Assembly (NCBI GenBank): GCA_964016885.1
Contig: OZ024741.1
Location: 45,446,001-45,510,000 of the forward strand
Direction: 5' to 3'
Source: Eledone cirrhosa
Taxonomy: Eukaryota
DNA length: 64,000 bases
This document shows, in pieces, positions 39,364-49,154 of this stretch. How positions within the stretch are numbered: the first letter of the stretch is position 1; every line of letters starts with the position of its first letter. The notes beneath the pieces were generated by a model, which searched no databases, was not told the DNA's origin, and was given only the letters and a program-made list of their open reading frames with translations. A program made the translations under genes and the position numbers.

Positions 39364-42300
39364 ATGACCTCACTCAGAATAGGCAGCATAAATGCGCGTG
39401 GCTTGGGGTCGTCATGGAAGCAAGGCCACCTGCTCAACGACCTCAGGTCACTAAACATAGATGTAGTGGCCATCAGCGAGACCAGAATCTCCGAAGCACA
39501 GGCTTTCGCACCGATCTTCGGCGGCTACGATGTGTACGCATCTCCCAGCCGTCCGGGATCGGGGAGAGGAGTTGCTGTGCTTTTTTGGAGAGGTTTGGAT
39601 CTTGCCATACGGGCCATCTTCCTGGACCCAGAAGGTAAGTTGGTGGTGCTGGACGTGACCAGCGGAGACGGGCAAGCTTTCAGGTTAGTGGCCGTCTATG
39701 CTCCGACAGGAGCAGGGCGGCCTGATTTCTTCCGGCGTCTGGAGATCTTTCTTGGAACGTCCCGCTCTTTAGTGTTAGTGGGCGACTGGAACGGGATCTT
39801 AGATGCACGCTGGGATTGTGTGGGATTAGTGGATAGGGAAGGAGGGTGCAAGAGTCTCACCAACCTGCTCAGACGTTTTGAACTGTCTGACAGGTACCGA
39901 ATGGATTTCCCGAATGTACCAATGTGGACTTGGACAAATCGCATAGGGTCATCCAGATCATATCTAGATAGAGTATTTTGTAGGGAAATAGATAGGTCTA
40001 GCATAGGCTGTCCACAATTCAAGATAGTCAGCTACACGGACCACAAATTCGTGATCTGTGTGCTTGACTTAGATAGGCTTCATAGGCGAGGACCCGGCTA
40101 CTGGAAGCTAAACGCGTCCTTACCAGCGCGCAAGGCCTACAGAGACCGGATTAGCGAACTAGTTAAGCGGGCGTTGACGGGGGCCATCGTCAACAACAAG
40201 TGGTGGTTTGCTCTGAAAAGAGCAATTAGAATAGAGTCCATTAGGTTTAGTAAGACTTTAACAATAGAGAAAAATAGAGCAGAGGGAGAACTAGTTAGAA
40301 AATTAGATGAGGCGCTTAGCAAAGGCATCGCGACCGACGTACTTGCGGCGAAATTGGCCCTTGACCAATTCTTCAATGCAAAGCACGAAGGCTGCGTTGT
40401 CAGAGCTAGGGTGCGTGCTCTCAGACACGAGGGTACGAAAGCCGTTCAATGGGCCCGAATGGCGGAGGCGCGTCGTGGCAACAAAGCCACGATCCGGTCT
40501 TTGGTGGACCACGACGGGCGCATGCTACTCGATCCCGGGCAAATGTGTGAAGCTTTTCAGCGACACTTCGCTCAACTGTTCGGAGGCAGTGGCGGGCCGG
40601 ATCGAGGGATGGACTTTAGTGTCTACCTCGACGGACTGCCGCGGCTTTCGGCCACTGAGGCGGAGTGTTGCGAAAAGCCGATAACAACCGCTGAAGTACG
40701 GGATGCAATGACTAGTTGCACAAGGGGTAAATCGCCTGGTTTGGATGGTCTGCCCTATGAACTTTACGTACAAATGCCAAACTTGTTCGGAGGCCTCTTG
40801 GCGGACGTCTACTGCAACTGGCAACAGAACGGGAGAATTCCCAGCTCTGTGAGCCGAGGAGCGGTGGCGCTGCTGAGAAAGAATCCGAACAAGGGGGATA
40901 ACATAGATAATTTTAGGCCCATAACTCTGCTAAACACAGAGTTCAAGATTTTGGCCAAGGTGCTAGCAAAGAGGTTGGCGCTTGTCGTTGGTGGTCTGGT
41001 GGGAGAGGCACAGACATGCGCCATTCCCGACAGATCCATCCACGACAACCTCCACCTCATGCGATACATCGTAGAGAGGGTAGCTAGGGAACCTGGCACA
41101 GGTGGGCCTTTGATCAATTTAGATCATTCGAAAGCTTTCGATAGTGTCGACCATCGTTACCTAGCGGCAGTCCTGAGGGCGGCTGGCTTTGGGCCCGTCT
41201 TCAGAGGCTGGATCGCTGCCATGCACAGCGACATCTGCTCTGTAGTGAGAGTGAACGGTCACCTTTCGGAACCGTTCAACATCATGCGCTCGGTCCGCCA
41301 AGGATGTCCCCTCTCGTCCCTATTGTACGTATTGACTCTCGAGCCATTACTGCACAAACTGGAGACGTTGAGGGGGGTCCCGCGCGAACTAGGATCCGGA
41401 AGATCCGTGTCAGCATATGCCGACGATGTCACCGTAGTGGTGTCGAACGCCAAACACATCGAGGCGATCGGCACTACACTAAGAGAATACGAAGCGGTGA
41501 CAGGAGCAATGATCAACCAGGAAAAGTCAGTGGGCCTGCAGCTCGGCACCTGGAGAGGCAGGTCCATGCCGTCCAACAGCGTCGTCGGGCGCTGGACGGA
41601 CGGACCGGTTAAATTGCTAGGGGTCTGGTTCGGTCCAGACCTCCAGACGGACAAAAACTTGGACGAGGTGACGAGCAGGGTGGCTTCTCTCACCCAGAAA
41701 TGGGCCGAGAGGAAGCTATCCCTGAAAGGTCGAACGGAGGTGGCGAATGCGTACATCGCATCCGTCATCTACTACCGCCTGACCGTCGTACCTTGTCCTA
41801 AGCCCCGCCTGACTGCGCTGGAGCGTTTGCTCTTTCGCTTCTTGTGGAAGGGACGCGCTCCGATGGTCAGGCGGTCCATCTGCTGCCAACACCCGCTACG
41901 TGGAGGGCTGGGCATGCCGTGGCTGATGATGCGCAGACACGCGCTCAGGCTACGACATCTCCACCTCTTCCTCGACGGTGATCAGGTGTGGTCGCCGTTT
42001 GCAAGACACGTTTTTCCCCAGCTCGTCTCCTTGACGGAGCTGCAGTCCTGGGTCAAGCGAAGACCGAGAGGGAGCGCTTGGAGACTGGAATGTCTTCAGG
42101 CGCTCACAGCCATCGACCAATCGGGCAATGTGATCGGTGGAAACTCCACCTTGGCGTTCTATAGGGGATTAGTGGAGGGGAAGAGCGACGACGTACTTGG
42201 AGAAGCTCTAGGCCTTGACGAAAATCAACTAGCCAATCTCTTCGGAAGGACTTTCGGGCCGGGGCCTATGGACAACTTCCAGAAATCCCTGGCCTGGCAG

Positions 42301-42783
42301 TGCTACCGAGGAGCTTTGCCAGTTCGGGATAAACTCTACAGGCATGGAGGTGCCGTCAGCCGGGCATGTCCGAGATGCGCGCAGGGCGACGAAACCGTCC
42401 TGCACGCACTCGTCCAGTGTCCGAGCATTGCTGACTTGTGGGTTTATGTCGAACACCTGCTGTCACGTGTAGGACGGATACAGCTATCAGCTGAGTCCAT
42501 CGTGAGGATTGCCCCGCCCCCTTCCTTTAGCCTGGAAGGGCAGGCAGTTTTTATCTGTCTGGTGGCCATGGCGAAAGAGATAGTATGGTGGACACGTTTG
42601 AAAGGGCTGAAGACGAGCACTTACCTCTTCGGTGATGCCCTGATTAACTTTTTCAAATTTCATTTGAAAAAGAAAATCAGGGTAGAGAGGGAAGTGCTCT
42701 CTTCCCAGCATTTTGTTGAAAGATGGGTGAGAGAAGCAAGTATGGCCCGAATGAATGGGCCTTCTCTGAGTATGTGTCTGTAA
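39364..42783 (+). CDS. Tx1-A ORF2: APE endonuclease + reverse transcriptase + C-terminal Cys motif, intact 1139 aa
   Basis: NARG, SET, YAP, GDWN, LDR, TDH; PGLDG, NFRPITLLN, RQGCPLS, YADD; CPRC..ETVLHALVQC. Confidence 0.96.
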   Translation: MTSLRIGSINARGLGSSWKQGHLLNDLRSLNIDVVAISETRISEAQAFAPIFGGYDVYASPSRPGSGRGVAVLFWRGLDLAIRAIFLDPEGKLVVLDVTSGDGQAFRLVAVYAPTGAGRPDFFRRLEIFLGTSRSLVLVGDWNGILDARWDCVGLVDREGGCKSLTNLLRRFELSDRYRMDFPNVPMWTWTNRIGSSRSYLDRVFCREIDRSSIGCPQFKIVSYTDHKFVICVLDLDRLHRRGPGYWKLNASLPARKAYRDRISELVKRALTGAIVNNKWWFALKRAIRIESIRFSKTLTIEKNRAEGELVRKLDEALSKGIATDVLAAKLALDQFFNAKHEGCVVRARVRALRHEGTKAVQWARMAEARRGNKATIRSLVDHDGRMLLDPGQMCEAFQRHFAQLFGGSGGPDRGMDFSVYLDGLPRLSATEAECCEKPITTAEVRDAMTSCTRGKSPGLDGLPYELYVQMPNLFGGLLADVYCNWQQNGRIPSSVSRGAVALLRKNPNKGDNIDNFRPITLLNTEFKILAKVLAKRLALVVGGLVGEAQTCAIPDRSIHDNLHLMRYIVERVAREPGTGGPLINLDHSKAFDSVDHRYLAAVLRAAGFGPVFRGWIAAMHSDICSVVRVNGHLSEPFNIMRSVRQGCPLSSLLYVLTLEPLLHKLETLRGVPRELGSGRSVSAYADDVTVVVSNAKHIEAIGTTLREYEAVTGAMINQEKSVGLQLGTWRGRSMPSNSVVGRWTDGPVKLLGVWFGPDLQTDKNLDEVTSRVASLTQKWAERKLSLKGRTEVANAYIASVIYYRLTVVPCPKPRLTALERLLFRFLWKGRAPMVRRSICCQHPLRGGLGMPWLMMRRHALRLRHLHLFLDGDQVWSPFARHVFPQLVSLTELQSWVKRRPRGSAWRLECLQALTAIDQSGNVIGGNSTLAFYRGLVEGKSDDVLGEALGLDENQLANLFGRTFGPGPMDNFQKSLAWQCYRGALPVRDKLYRHGGAVSRACPRCAQGDETVLHALVQCPSIADLWVYVEHLLSRVGRIQLSAESIVRIAPPPSFSLEGQAVFICLVAMAKEIVWWTRLKGLKTSTYLFGDALINFFKFHLKKKIRVEREVLSSQHFVERWVREASMARMNGPSLSMCL

Positions 42784-43264
42784 ATTAAAGGTGGAAAACT
42801 GGGAGAGGGCACTTGCCCTGGTGGTCAGGGCCACTGTGGTCTTTTAATGGGTTTTCTCTACAAATGTCCCTTGGAAGTCTCCCCCCTATTGGGGAATTTT
42901 TCATTGTTATTTTATTTCAACCTCTGTTTTTTACACGCAGAAATGCCCATTTGTACCGTCCTGTATTGTCCTGTACTGTCCTTAATGTCTACTTTATGTG
43001 AACCCTTGTGGTTAATAAAGAAAACATTATTATTATTATTATTATTATTGAATGCCATGGTTGACGGAGGCTCGGCTCTGTAAGGTATAGTAATTTTTAA
43101 CCGTTAAAACAATTGTAAATTGTTTAAAACTTGAACCAAATTGTTGATAAAGACACCCTCCTCCTCGTGAGAGGGGTCTTTCTGTCCGTTATTTGGCCCT
43201 TCGGGGTTAAATAACCAGTTATTGGGGTTTTGTACCCAAAATTTCATTTTAAACAAAAAACAAC

Positions 43265-45355
43265 ATGGCTACGAAAAAGAAATTTCATACGTCACTCCCA
43301 CTCATTCCGTCTTCTTCTTCCTCAATCATCACTACAGCAGAGAGAAGATTGTCTCTCTCCCTCCCTTCTTTAAATGTGTCTCTCTCCCTCCCTTCTCTTT
43401 CGCAAGTGACGAAAGAAAAGAAAAGTCCCGTGCAAAGCGTGCAAGGTTTCTCCACGACGACGACGACAGCGACGAAACAGGTGTGCGGGAAATACGAAAA
43501 CCCAGTTCATTCGTCTGACGTCAGGAATAATAGCAGTAGCAGCCGTAATAACAACAGCAACAGTGACAATGAAAACAACAGTAGCAGCCGCAACAGCATC
43601 ACCAGCAGCATAAACAACAACAGCATTAGCAGCAGCAACACCAACAACAACCACAGCAACAGCGGCGGAGGCAGTAGTCGTAGTACCTGCAGCAACAACA
43701 AAAGTACCAGCAGCTCTGACGACAACAACAACAGCAGAGAAAAACCAATCTCATTTGCAGGTATTGCGAAAAACTTGGAAACAATCCTCATAACAAATGA
43801 GGAATTAGAGGAAGCGAAGAAGATGGTGACAAAGAACCGACACCGAGCAATCTGCAAGGCAGCGAAAAATTTTTTCGAAACCCAAGAGCACTGTACGGTC
43901 ACGTACCGTACAGTAAGTACAAAATCCCGTAGGGTGGAAAGAGCCACAGAGGCCCAAATACAAAAAGCCTTTTGGTCTGTGTGGCAGCGGAAAACGCACA
44001 TCACCCGAGGCAAAAAATATGCCACCGTAGACGTACTTTTTGCCACACCCCAGGAGGCAAAGGCCCAATCAGTAGTGACCCTAAGGAGCGAGGAAATGGT
44101 GTTGGTGCCCTCCTACTGTGGGCAAAAAATTGTGAGGGTCAAACTAACCCACGTCCCCCCCGGAATGACCCCTTCTTGGCTGGCCGCGTCTGTCCTCGTC
44201 GGAATCGAGGACAAAACAACTGTACTGCAAGTACAGAAAAAAGTAAGAGAAGATTGGGTCGGCTCCTCCATTGAGATGCTAATCCAAACCAACCAGGAGT
44301 GCATCGAAGCTATCCCGGATGTGATAGACTTCGATAACGGCACTCAACTGCCCATAAGTGTTGAGGGCAAACGCCCGAAATGCTTTCGCTGTGGATCGAA
44401 GACTCACCTCAGGGCCTTCTGCAACGAGAAGACCCTGAGAAAGGAGAAAACCCCCCTCCTTCCGAATCCGGCTCCACGGCTACCAGCAACAGGACAAGCG
44501 GCAACCAGGAACGATAGGTCCGTGGCACCCATACCCACTCCACGGAAATCAAAAACAGCAGCAGCAGTGGAAATATTAACAACAACAGCAATACCAAATG
44601 CAGCTGCAACAGAGACTCCAGTGCAAACATCACCAACAACAAGTGAAAGAGTGGAGCTGGTACCCCTCCCCGACCTCACAGAATCAGACATGGAGTGTGA
44701 GGTGGGAGAGGGATGGCAAAAGGTCGTAAGAAGGCACAAACGCAGAAGCAGCGCATCGTCGCCTTTGAAAAGGGAGGAAAGAAATGAGAAAAGGGTAAAG
44801 TCTACTGCAAAGAGACCCACAGCAGCAACAACACCAACACCATCACCACCCACACTAGCGCCACCATCACCACCGGCGACAACCCCACCGCCAACAACAC
44901 CTTCAACACCACCACCACAAGCACCAACATCGCAAACACAACAACAAAACACACACACCCAGCAACAACGACAAGAAAATAGCAGAACCACACCCCACCC
45001 CCAGAAAAACAAATGCACGGCAATAAATACACACAACAAGAAACTAATGACTTACATAATTGAACACACAAACATTTCACAACAGGACTACATAATACCA
45101 GCACCAATCAAAACGCCAACTAACATAAGACTGCTAAAAATAGCACAGAAACAATACACAAATATTAAAACGAAATTCCCCAACGCAGTTGGTGATTTCA
45201 GAGACCTAGGAGGAACCATCAATCGAAGAGTATACTCAGACATTCTCTTAGAAGAGCCGACGACCAGCCGAAGGGACGATTCAACGGTCCCTTCACCAGA
45301 CGATCAAGTGAAAAGGGATGTAAAAACCATCCCTCCTCTACCAAAAGTACGGTAA
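43265..45355 (+). CDS. Tx1-B ORF1 nucleic-acid-binding protein, 696 aa
   Basis: S/N-rich N-terminus, conserved core shared with ORF1-A, CFRCGSKTHLRAFC knuckle, P/T-rich tail. Confidence 0.93.
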   Translation: MATKKKFHTSLPLIPSSSSSIITTAERRLSLSLPSLNVSLSLPSLSQVTKEKKSPVQSVQGFSTTTTTATKQVCGKYENPVHSSDVRNNSSSSRNNNSNSDNENNSSSRNSITSSINNNSISSSNTNNNHSNSGGGSSRSTCSNNKSTSSSDDNNNSREKPISFAGIAKNLETILITNEELEEAKKMVTKNRHRAICKAAKNFFETQEHCTVTYRTVSTKSRRVERATEAQIQKAFWSVWQRKTHITRGKKYATVDVLFATPQEAKAQSVVTLRSEEMVLVPSYCGQKIVRVKLTHVPPGMTPSWLAASVLVGIEDKTTVLQVQKKVREDWVGSSIEMLIQTNQECIEAIPDVIDFDNGTQLPISVEGKRPKCFRCGSKTHLRAFCNEKTLRKEKTPLLPNPAPRLPATGQAATRNDRSVAPIPTPRKSKTAAAVEILTTTAIPNAAATETPVQTSPTTSERVELVPLPDLTESDMECEVGEGWQKVVRRHKRRSSASSPLKREERNEKRVKSTAKRPTAATTPTPSPPTLAPPSPPATTPPPTTPSTPPPQAPTSQTQQQNTHTQQQRQENSRTTPHPQKNKCTAINTHNKKLMTYIIEHTNISQQDYIIPAPIKTPTNIRLLKIAQKQYTNIKTKFPNAVGDFRDLGGTINRRVYSDILLEEPTTSRRDDSTVPSPDDQVKRDVKTIPPLPKVR

Positions 45356-45389
45356 GTGGTCTTTCCCATCTTTTCCACTCCTTTTAAAC

Positions 45390-48300
45390 ATGACCTCACT
45401 CAGAATAGGCAGCATAAATGCGCGTGGCTTGGGGTCGTCATGGAAGCAGGGTCACCTGCTCAACGACCTCAGGTCACTAAACATAGATGTAGTGGCCATC
45501 AGCGAGACCAGAATCTCCGAAGCACGGGCCTTCGCACCGATCTTCGGCGGCTACGATGTGTACGCATCTCCCAGCCGTCCTGGATCCGGTGGAGGAGTTG
45601 CTGTACTTTTTCGGAGAGGTTTGGATCTCGCCATACGGGCCATCTTCCTGGACCCAGAGGGTAAGCTGGTGGTGCTGGACGTGACCAGCGGAGACGGGCA
45701 AGCTTTCAGGCTAGTGGCCGTCTATGCCCCGACAGGAGCAGGGCGGCCTGATTTCTTCCGGCGTCTGGAGACCTTTCTTGGAACGTCGCGCTCTTTAGTG
45801 TTAGTGGGCGACTGGAACGGGATCTTAGATGCACGCTGGGACTGTGTGGGATTAGCGGATAGGGGTGGAGGGTGCAAGAGCCTCACCAACCTGCTCAGGC
45901 GTTTTGAACTGTCTGACAGGTACCGATTGGATTTCCCGAATGTGCCAATGTGGACTTGGACAAACCGCATAGGGTCATCCAGATCATATCTAGATAGAGT
46001 ATTTTGTAGGGAAATAGATAGGTCTAGCATAGGCTGTCCACAATTCAAGATAGTCAGCTACACGGACCACAAATTCGTGACCTGTGTGCTTGACTTAGAT
46101 AGGCTTCATAGACGAGGACCCGGCTACTGGAAGCTAAACGCGTCCTTACCAGCGCGCAAGGCCTACAGAGACCGGATTAGCGAACTAGTTAAGCGGGCGT
46201 TGACGGGGGCCATCGTCAACAACAAGTGGTGGTTTGCTCTGAAAAGAGCGATTAGAATAGAATCGATTAGGTTTAGTAAGGCTTTAGCAATAGAGAAAAA
46301 TAGAGCAGAGGGAGAACTAGTTAGAAAATTAGACGAGGCGCTTAGCAAAGGCATTGCGACCGACGTGCTTGCGGCGAAATTGGCCCTTGACCAATTCTTC
46401 AATGCAAAGCACGAAGGCTGCGTTGTCAGAGCTAGGGTGCGTGCTCTCAGACACGAGGGGACGAAAGCCGTTCAATGGGCCCGAGTGGCGGAGGCGCGTC
46501 GTGGCAACAAAGCCACGATCCGGTCTTTGGTGGACCACGACGGGCGCATGCTACTCGATCCCGGGCAAATGTGTGAAGCTTTTCAGCGACACTTCGCTCA
46601 GCTGTTCGGGGGCAGCGGGGGGCCGGGTAGAGGGATGGACTTTAGTGTCTACCTCGACGGACTGCCGCGGCTCTCGGCCACTGAGGCGAAGTGTTGCGAA
46701 AAGCCGATAACAGCCGCTGAAGTACGGGAGGCAATGACTGGCTGCACAAGGGGTAAATCGCCTGGTTTGGATGGTCTGCCCTATGAACTTTACGTACAGA
46801 TGCCAGACTTGTTCGGAGGCCTCTTGGCGGACGTCTACTGCAACTGGCAACAGAACGGGAGAATTCCCAGTTCTGTGAGCCGAGGAGCGGTGGCACTGCT
46901 GAGAAAGGATCCGAACAAGGGGGATAACATAGACAATTTCCGGCCCATAACTCTGCTAAACACAGAGTTTAAGATTTTGGCCAAGGTGCTAGCAAAGAGG
47001 TTGGCGCTTGTCGTTGGTGGTCTGGTGGGAGAGGCGCAGACATGCGCCATTCCCGACAGATCCATCCACGACAACCTCCACCTCATGCGATACATCGTAG
47101 AGAGGGTAGCTAGGGAACCTGGCACGGGTGGGTCCTTGATCAATTTAGATCAGTCGAAAGCTTTCGATAGGGTCGACCATCGTTACCTAGCGGCAGTCCT
47201 GAGGGCGGCTGGCTTTGGGCCCGTCTTCAGAGGCTGGATCGCTGCCATGCACAGCGACATCTGCTCTGTGGTGAGAGTGAACGGTCACCTGTCGAAACCG
47301 TTCAACATCATGCGCTCGGTCCGCCAAGGATGTCCCCTCTCGTCCCTCTTGTACGTATTGACTTTCGAGCCATTACTGCACAAACTGGAGACGTTGAGGG
47401 GGGTCCCGCGCGAACTAGGATGCGGAAGATCCGTGTCAGCATATGCGGACGATGTCACCGTAGTGGTGTCGAACGCCAAACACATCGAGGCGATCGGCAC
47501 TACACTAAGAGAATACGAAGCGGTGACAGGAGCAATGATCAACCAGGAAAAGTCAGTGGGCCTGCAGCTCGGCACCTGGAGAGGCAGGTCCATGCCGTCC
47601 AACAGCGTCGTCGGGCGCTGGACGGACGGACCGGTTAAATTGCTAGGGGTCTGGTTCGGTCCGGACCTCCAGACGGACAAAAACTGGGACGAGGTGACGA
47701 GCAGGGTGGCTTCTCTCACCCAGAAATGGGCGGAGAGGAAGCTATCCCTGAAAGGTCGAGCGGAGGTGGCTAACGCGTACATCGCGTCTGTCATCTGCTA
47801 CCGCCTAACCGTCGTACCTTGTCCTAAGCCTCGCCTGACTGCGCTGGAGCGTTTGCTCTTTCGCTTTTTGTGGAAGGGACGTGCTCCGATGGTCAGGCGG
47901 TCCATCTGTTGTCAACACCCGCTACGTGGAGGGCTGGGCATGCCGTGGCTGATGATGCGCAGGCACGCGCTCAGGCTACGACATCTCCACCTCTTCCTCG
48001 ACGGTGATCAGGTGTGGTCGCCGTTTGCTAGACGCGTTTTTCCCCAGCTCGTTTCCTTGACGGAGCTGCAGTCCTGGGTCAAGCGAAGACCGAGAGGGAG
48101 CGCCTGGAGACTGGAATGTCTTCAGGCGCTCACAGCCCTCGACCAATCGGGCAATGTGATCGGTGGAAACTCCACCTCGGCGTTCTATAGAGGATTAGTG
48201 GAGGGGAAGAGCGACGACGTACTTGGGGAAACTCTAGGCGTCGACGAAAATCAACTAGCCAATCTCTTCGGAAGAACTTTCGGGCCGGGGCCTATGGACA

Positions 48301-48809
48301 ACTTCCAGAAATCTCTGGCCTGGCAGTGCTACCGAGGAGCCTTGCCAGTTCGGGATAAACTCTACAGGCATGGAGGTGCCGTCAGCCGGGCATGTCCGAG
48401 ATGCGCGCAGGGCGACGAAACCGTCCTGCACGCACTCGTCCAGTGTCCGAAAATTGCTGACTTGTGGGTTTATGTCGAACACCTGCTGTCGCGTTTAGGA
48501 CGGATCCAGCTATCATCTGAGTCTATCGTGAGGATTGCCCCGCCCTCCTCCTTTAGCCGGGAAGGGCAGGCAGTTTTTATCTGTCTGGTGGCCATGGCGA
48601 AAGAGATAGTATGGTGGACACGTTTGAAAGGGCTGAAGACGAGCACTTACCTCTTCGGTGATGCTCTGATTGACTTTTTCAAATTTCATTTGAAAAGGAA
48701 AATCAGAGTAGAGAAGGAAGTGCTCTCTTCCCAGCATTTTGTTGAAAGATGGGTGAGAGAAGCAAGAATGGCCCGAGTGAATGGGCCGACTCTGAGTATA
48801 TATCTGTAA
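45390..48809 (+). CDS. Tx1-B ORF2 APE-RT, intact 1139 aa
   Basis: All APE and RT motifs intact including LDQSKAFDRV and YADD. Confidence 0.96.
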   Translation: MTSLRIGSINARGLGSSWKQGHLLNDLRSLNIDVVAISETRISEARAFAPIFGGYDVYASPSRPGSGGGVAVLFRRGLDLAIRAIFLDPEGKLVVLDVTSGDGQAFRLVAVYAPTGAGRPDFFRRLETFLGTSRSLVLVGDWNGILDARWDCVGLADRGGGCKSLTNLLRRFELSDRYRLDFPNVPMWTWTNRIGSSRSYLDRVFCREIDRSSIGCPQFKIVSYTDHKFVTCVLDLDRLHRRGPGYWKLNASLPARKAYRDRISELVKRALTGAIVNNKWWFALKRAIRIESIRFSKALAIEKNRAEGELVRKLDEALSKGIATDVLAAKLALDQFFNAKHEGCVVRARVRALRHEGTKAVQWARVAEARRGNKATIRSLVDHDGRMLLDPGQMCEAFQRHFAQLFGGSGGPGRGMDFSVYLDGLPRLSATEAKCCEKPITAAEVREAMTGCTRGKSPGLDGLPYELYVQMPDLFGGLLADVYCNWQQNGRIPSSVSRGAVALLRKDPNKGDNIDNFRPITLLNTEFKILAKVLAKRLALVVGGLVGEAQTCAIPDRSIHDNLHLMRYIVERVAREPGTGGSLINLDQSKAFDRVDHRYLAAVLRAAGFGPVFRGWIAAMHSDICSVVRVNGHLSKPFNIMRSVRQGCPLSSLLYVLTFEPLLHKLETLRGVPRELGCGRSVSAYADDVTVVVSNAKHIEAIGTTLREYEAVTGAMINQEKSVGLQLGTWRGRSMPSNSVVGRWTDGPVKLLGVWFGPDLQTDKNWDEVTSRVASLTQKWAERKLSLKGRAEVANAYIASVICYRLTVVPCPKPRLTALERLLFRFLWKGRAPMVRRSICCQHPLRGGLGMPWLMMRRHALRLRHLHLFLDGDQVWSPFARRVFPQLVSLTELQSWVKRRPRGSAWRLECLQALTALDQSGNVIGGNSTSAFYRGLVEGKSDDVLGETLGVDENQLANLFGRTFGPGPMDNFQKSLAWQCYRGALPVRDKLYRHGGAVSRACPRCAQGDETVLHALVQCPKIADLWVYVEHLLSRLGRIQLSSESIVRIAPPSSFSREGQAVFICLVAMAKEIVWWTRLKGLKTSTYLFGDALIDFFKFHLKRKIRVEKEVLSSQHFVERWVREARMARVNGPTLSIYL

Positions 48810-49070
48810 ACTAAAGGTGGAAAACTGGGAGAGGGCACTTGCCTTGGTGGTCAGGGTCATTGTGGCTTTTTACTGGGCTTTCTCCACAAATGTCCCTCCG
48901 AAGTCTCCCCCCTATTGGGGAATTTTTCATTGTTATTTTCATCGTTATTTTTGTTACATCCTCTGTTTTTGTTTTTTTTACACGCAGAAATGCCCATTTG
49001 TACCGTCCTGCATTGTCCTGCACTGTCCTTAATGTCTACTTTATGTAAACCCTTGTGGTTAATAAAGAAA

Positions 49071-49071
<1 letters not shown>

Positions 49072-49152
<81 letters not shown>
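49072..49152. repeat. (TTA)n target/tail tract shared tail-to-tail by Tx1-B and Dong-B; one of ~11 such tracts
   Basis: Other tracts at 20399-20438, 20764-20843, 25785-25818, 27359-27420, 33338-33421, 37106-37146, 43026-43049, 53918-53978, 58503-58527, 59608-59666. Confidence 0.97.

Positions 49153-49154
<2 letters not shown>

Larger units (their letters stand above)
37147..43025 (+). mobile_element. Tx1-like LINE family A copy 2, full length
   Basis: 5'UTR, ORF1, ORF2, 3'UTR ending aataaagaaa; (TTA)n on both sides. Confidence 0.95.
43050..49072 (+). mobile_element. Tx1-like LINE family B, full length with both ORFs intact (potentially active)
   Basis: 696-aa ORF1 + 1139-aa ORF2, (TTA)n flanks. 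Confidence 0.96.

Noticed and set aside
43150-43220. HDV-like ribozyme suggested by cctcctcgtg
   Set aside because: P3 would be mismatched and no P1.1 GG or nested P1/P2 found; folds as a simple hairpin
39330-48860. Recurrent antisense and alternative-frame ORFs within Tx1 and Dong copies
   Set aside because: Recur only because copies are near-identical; no domain signal
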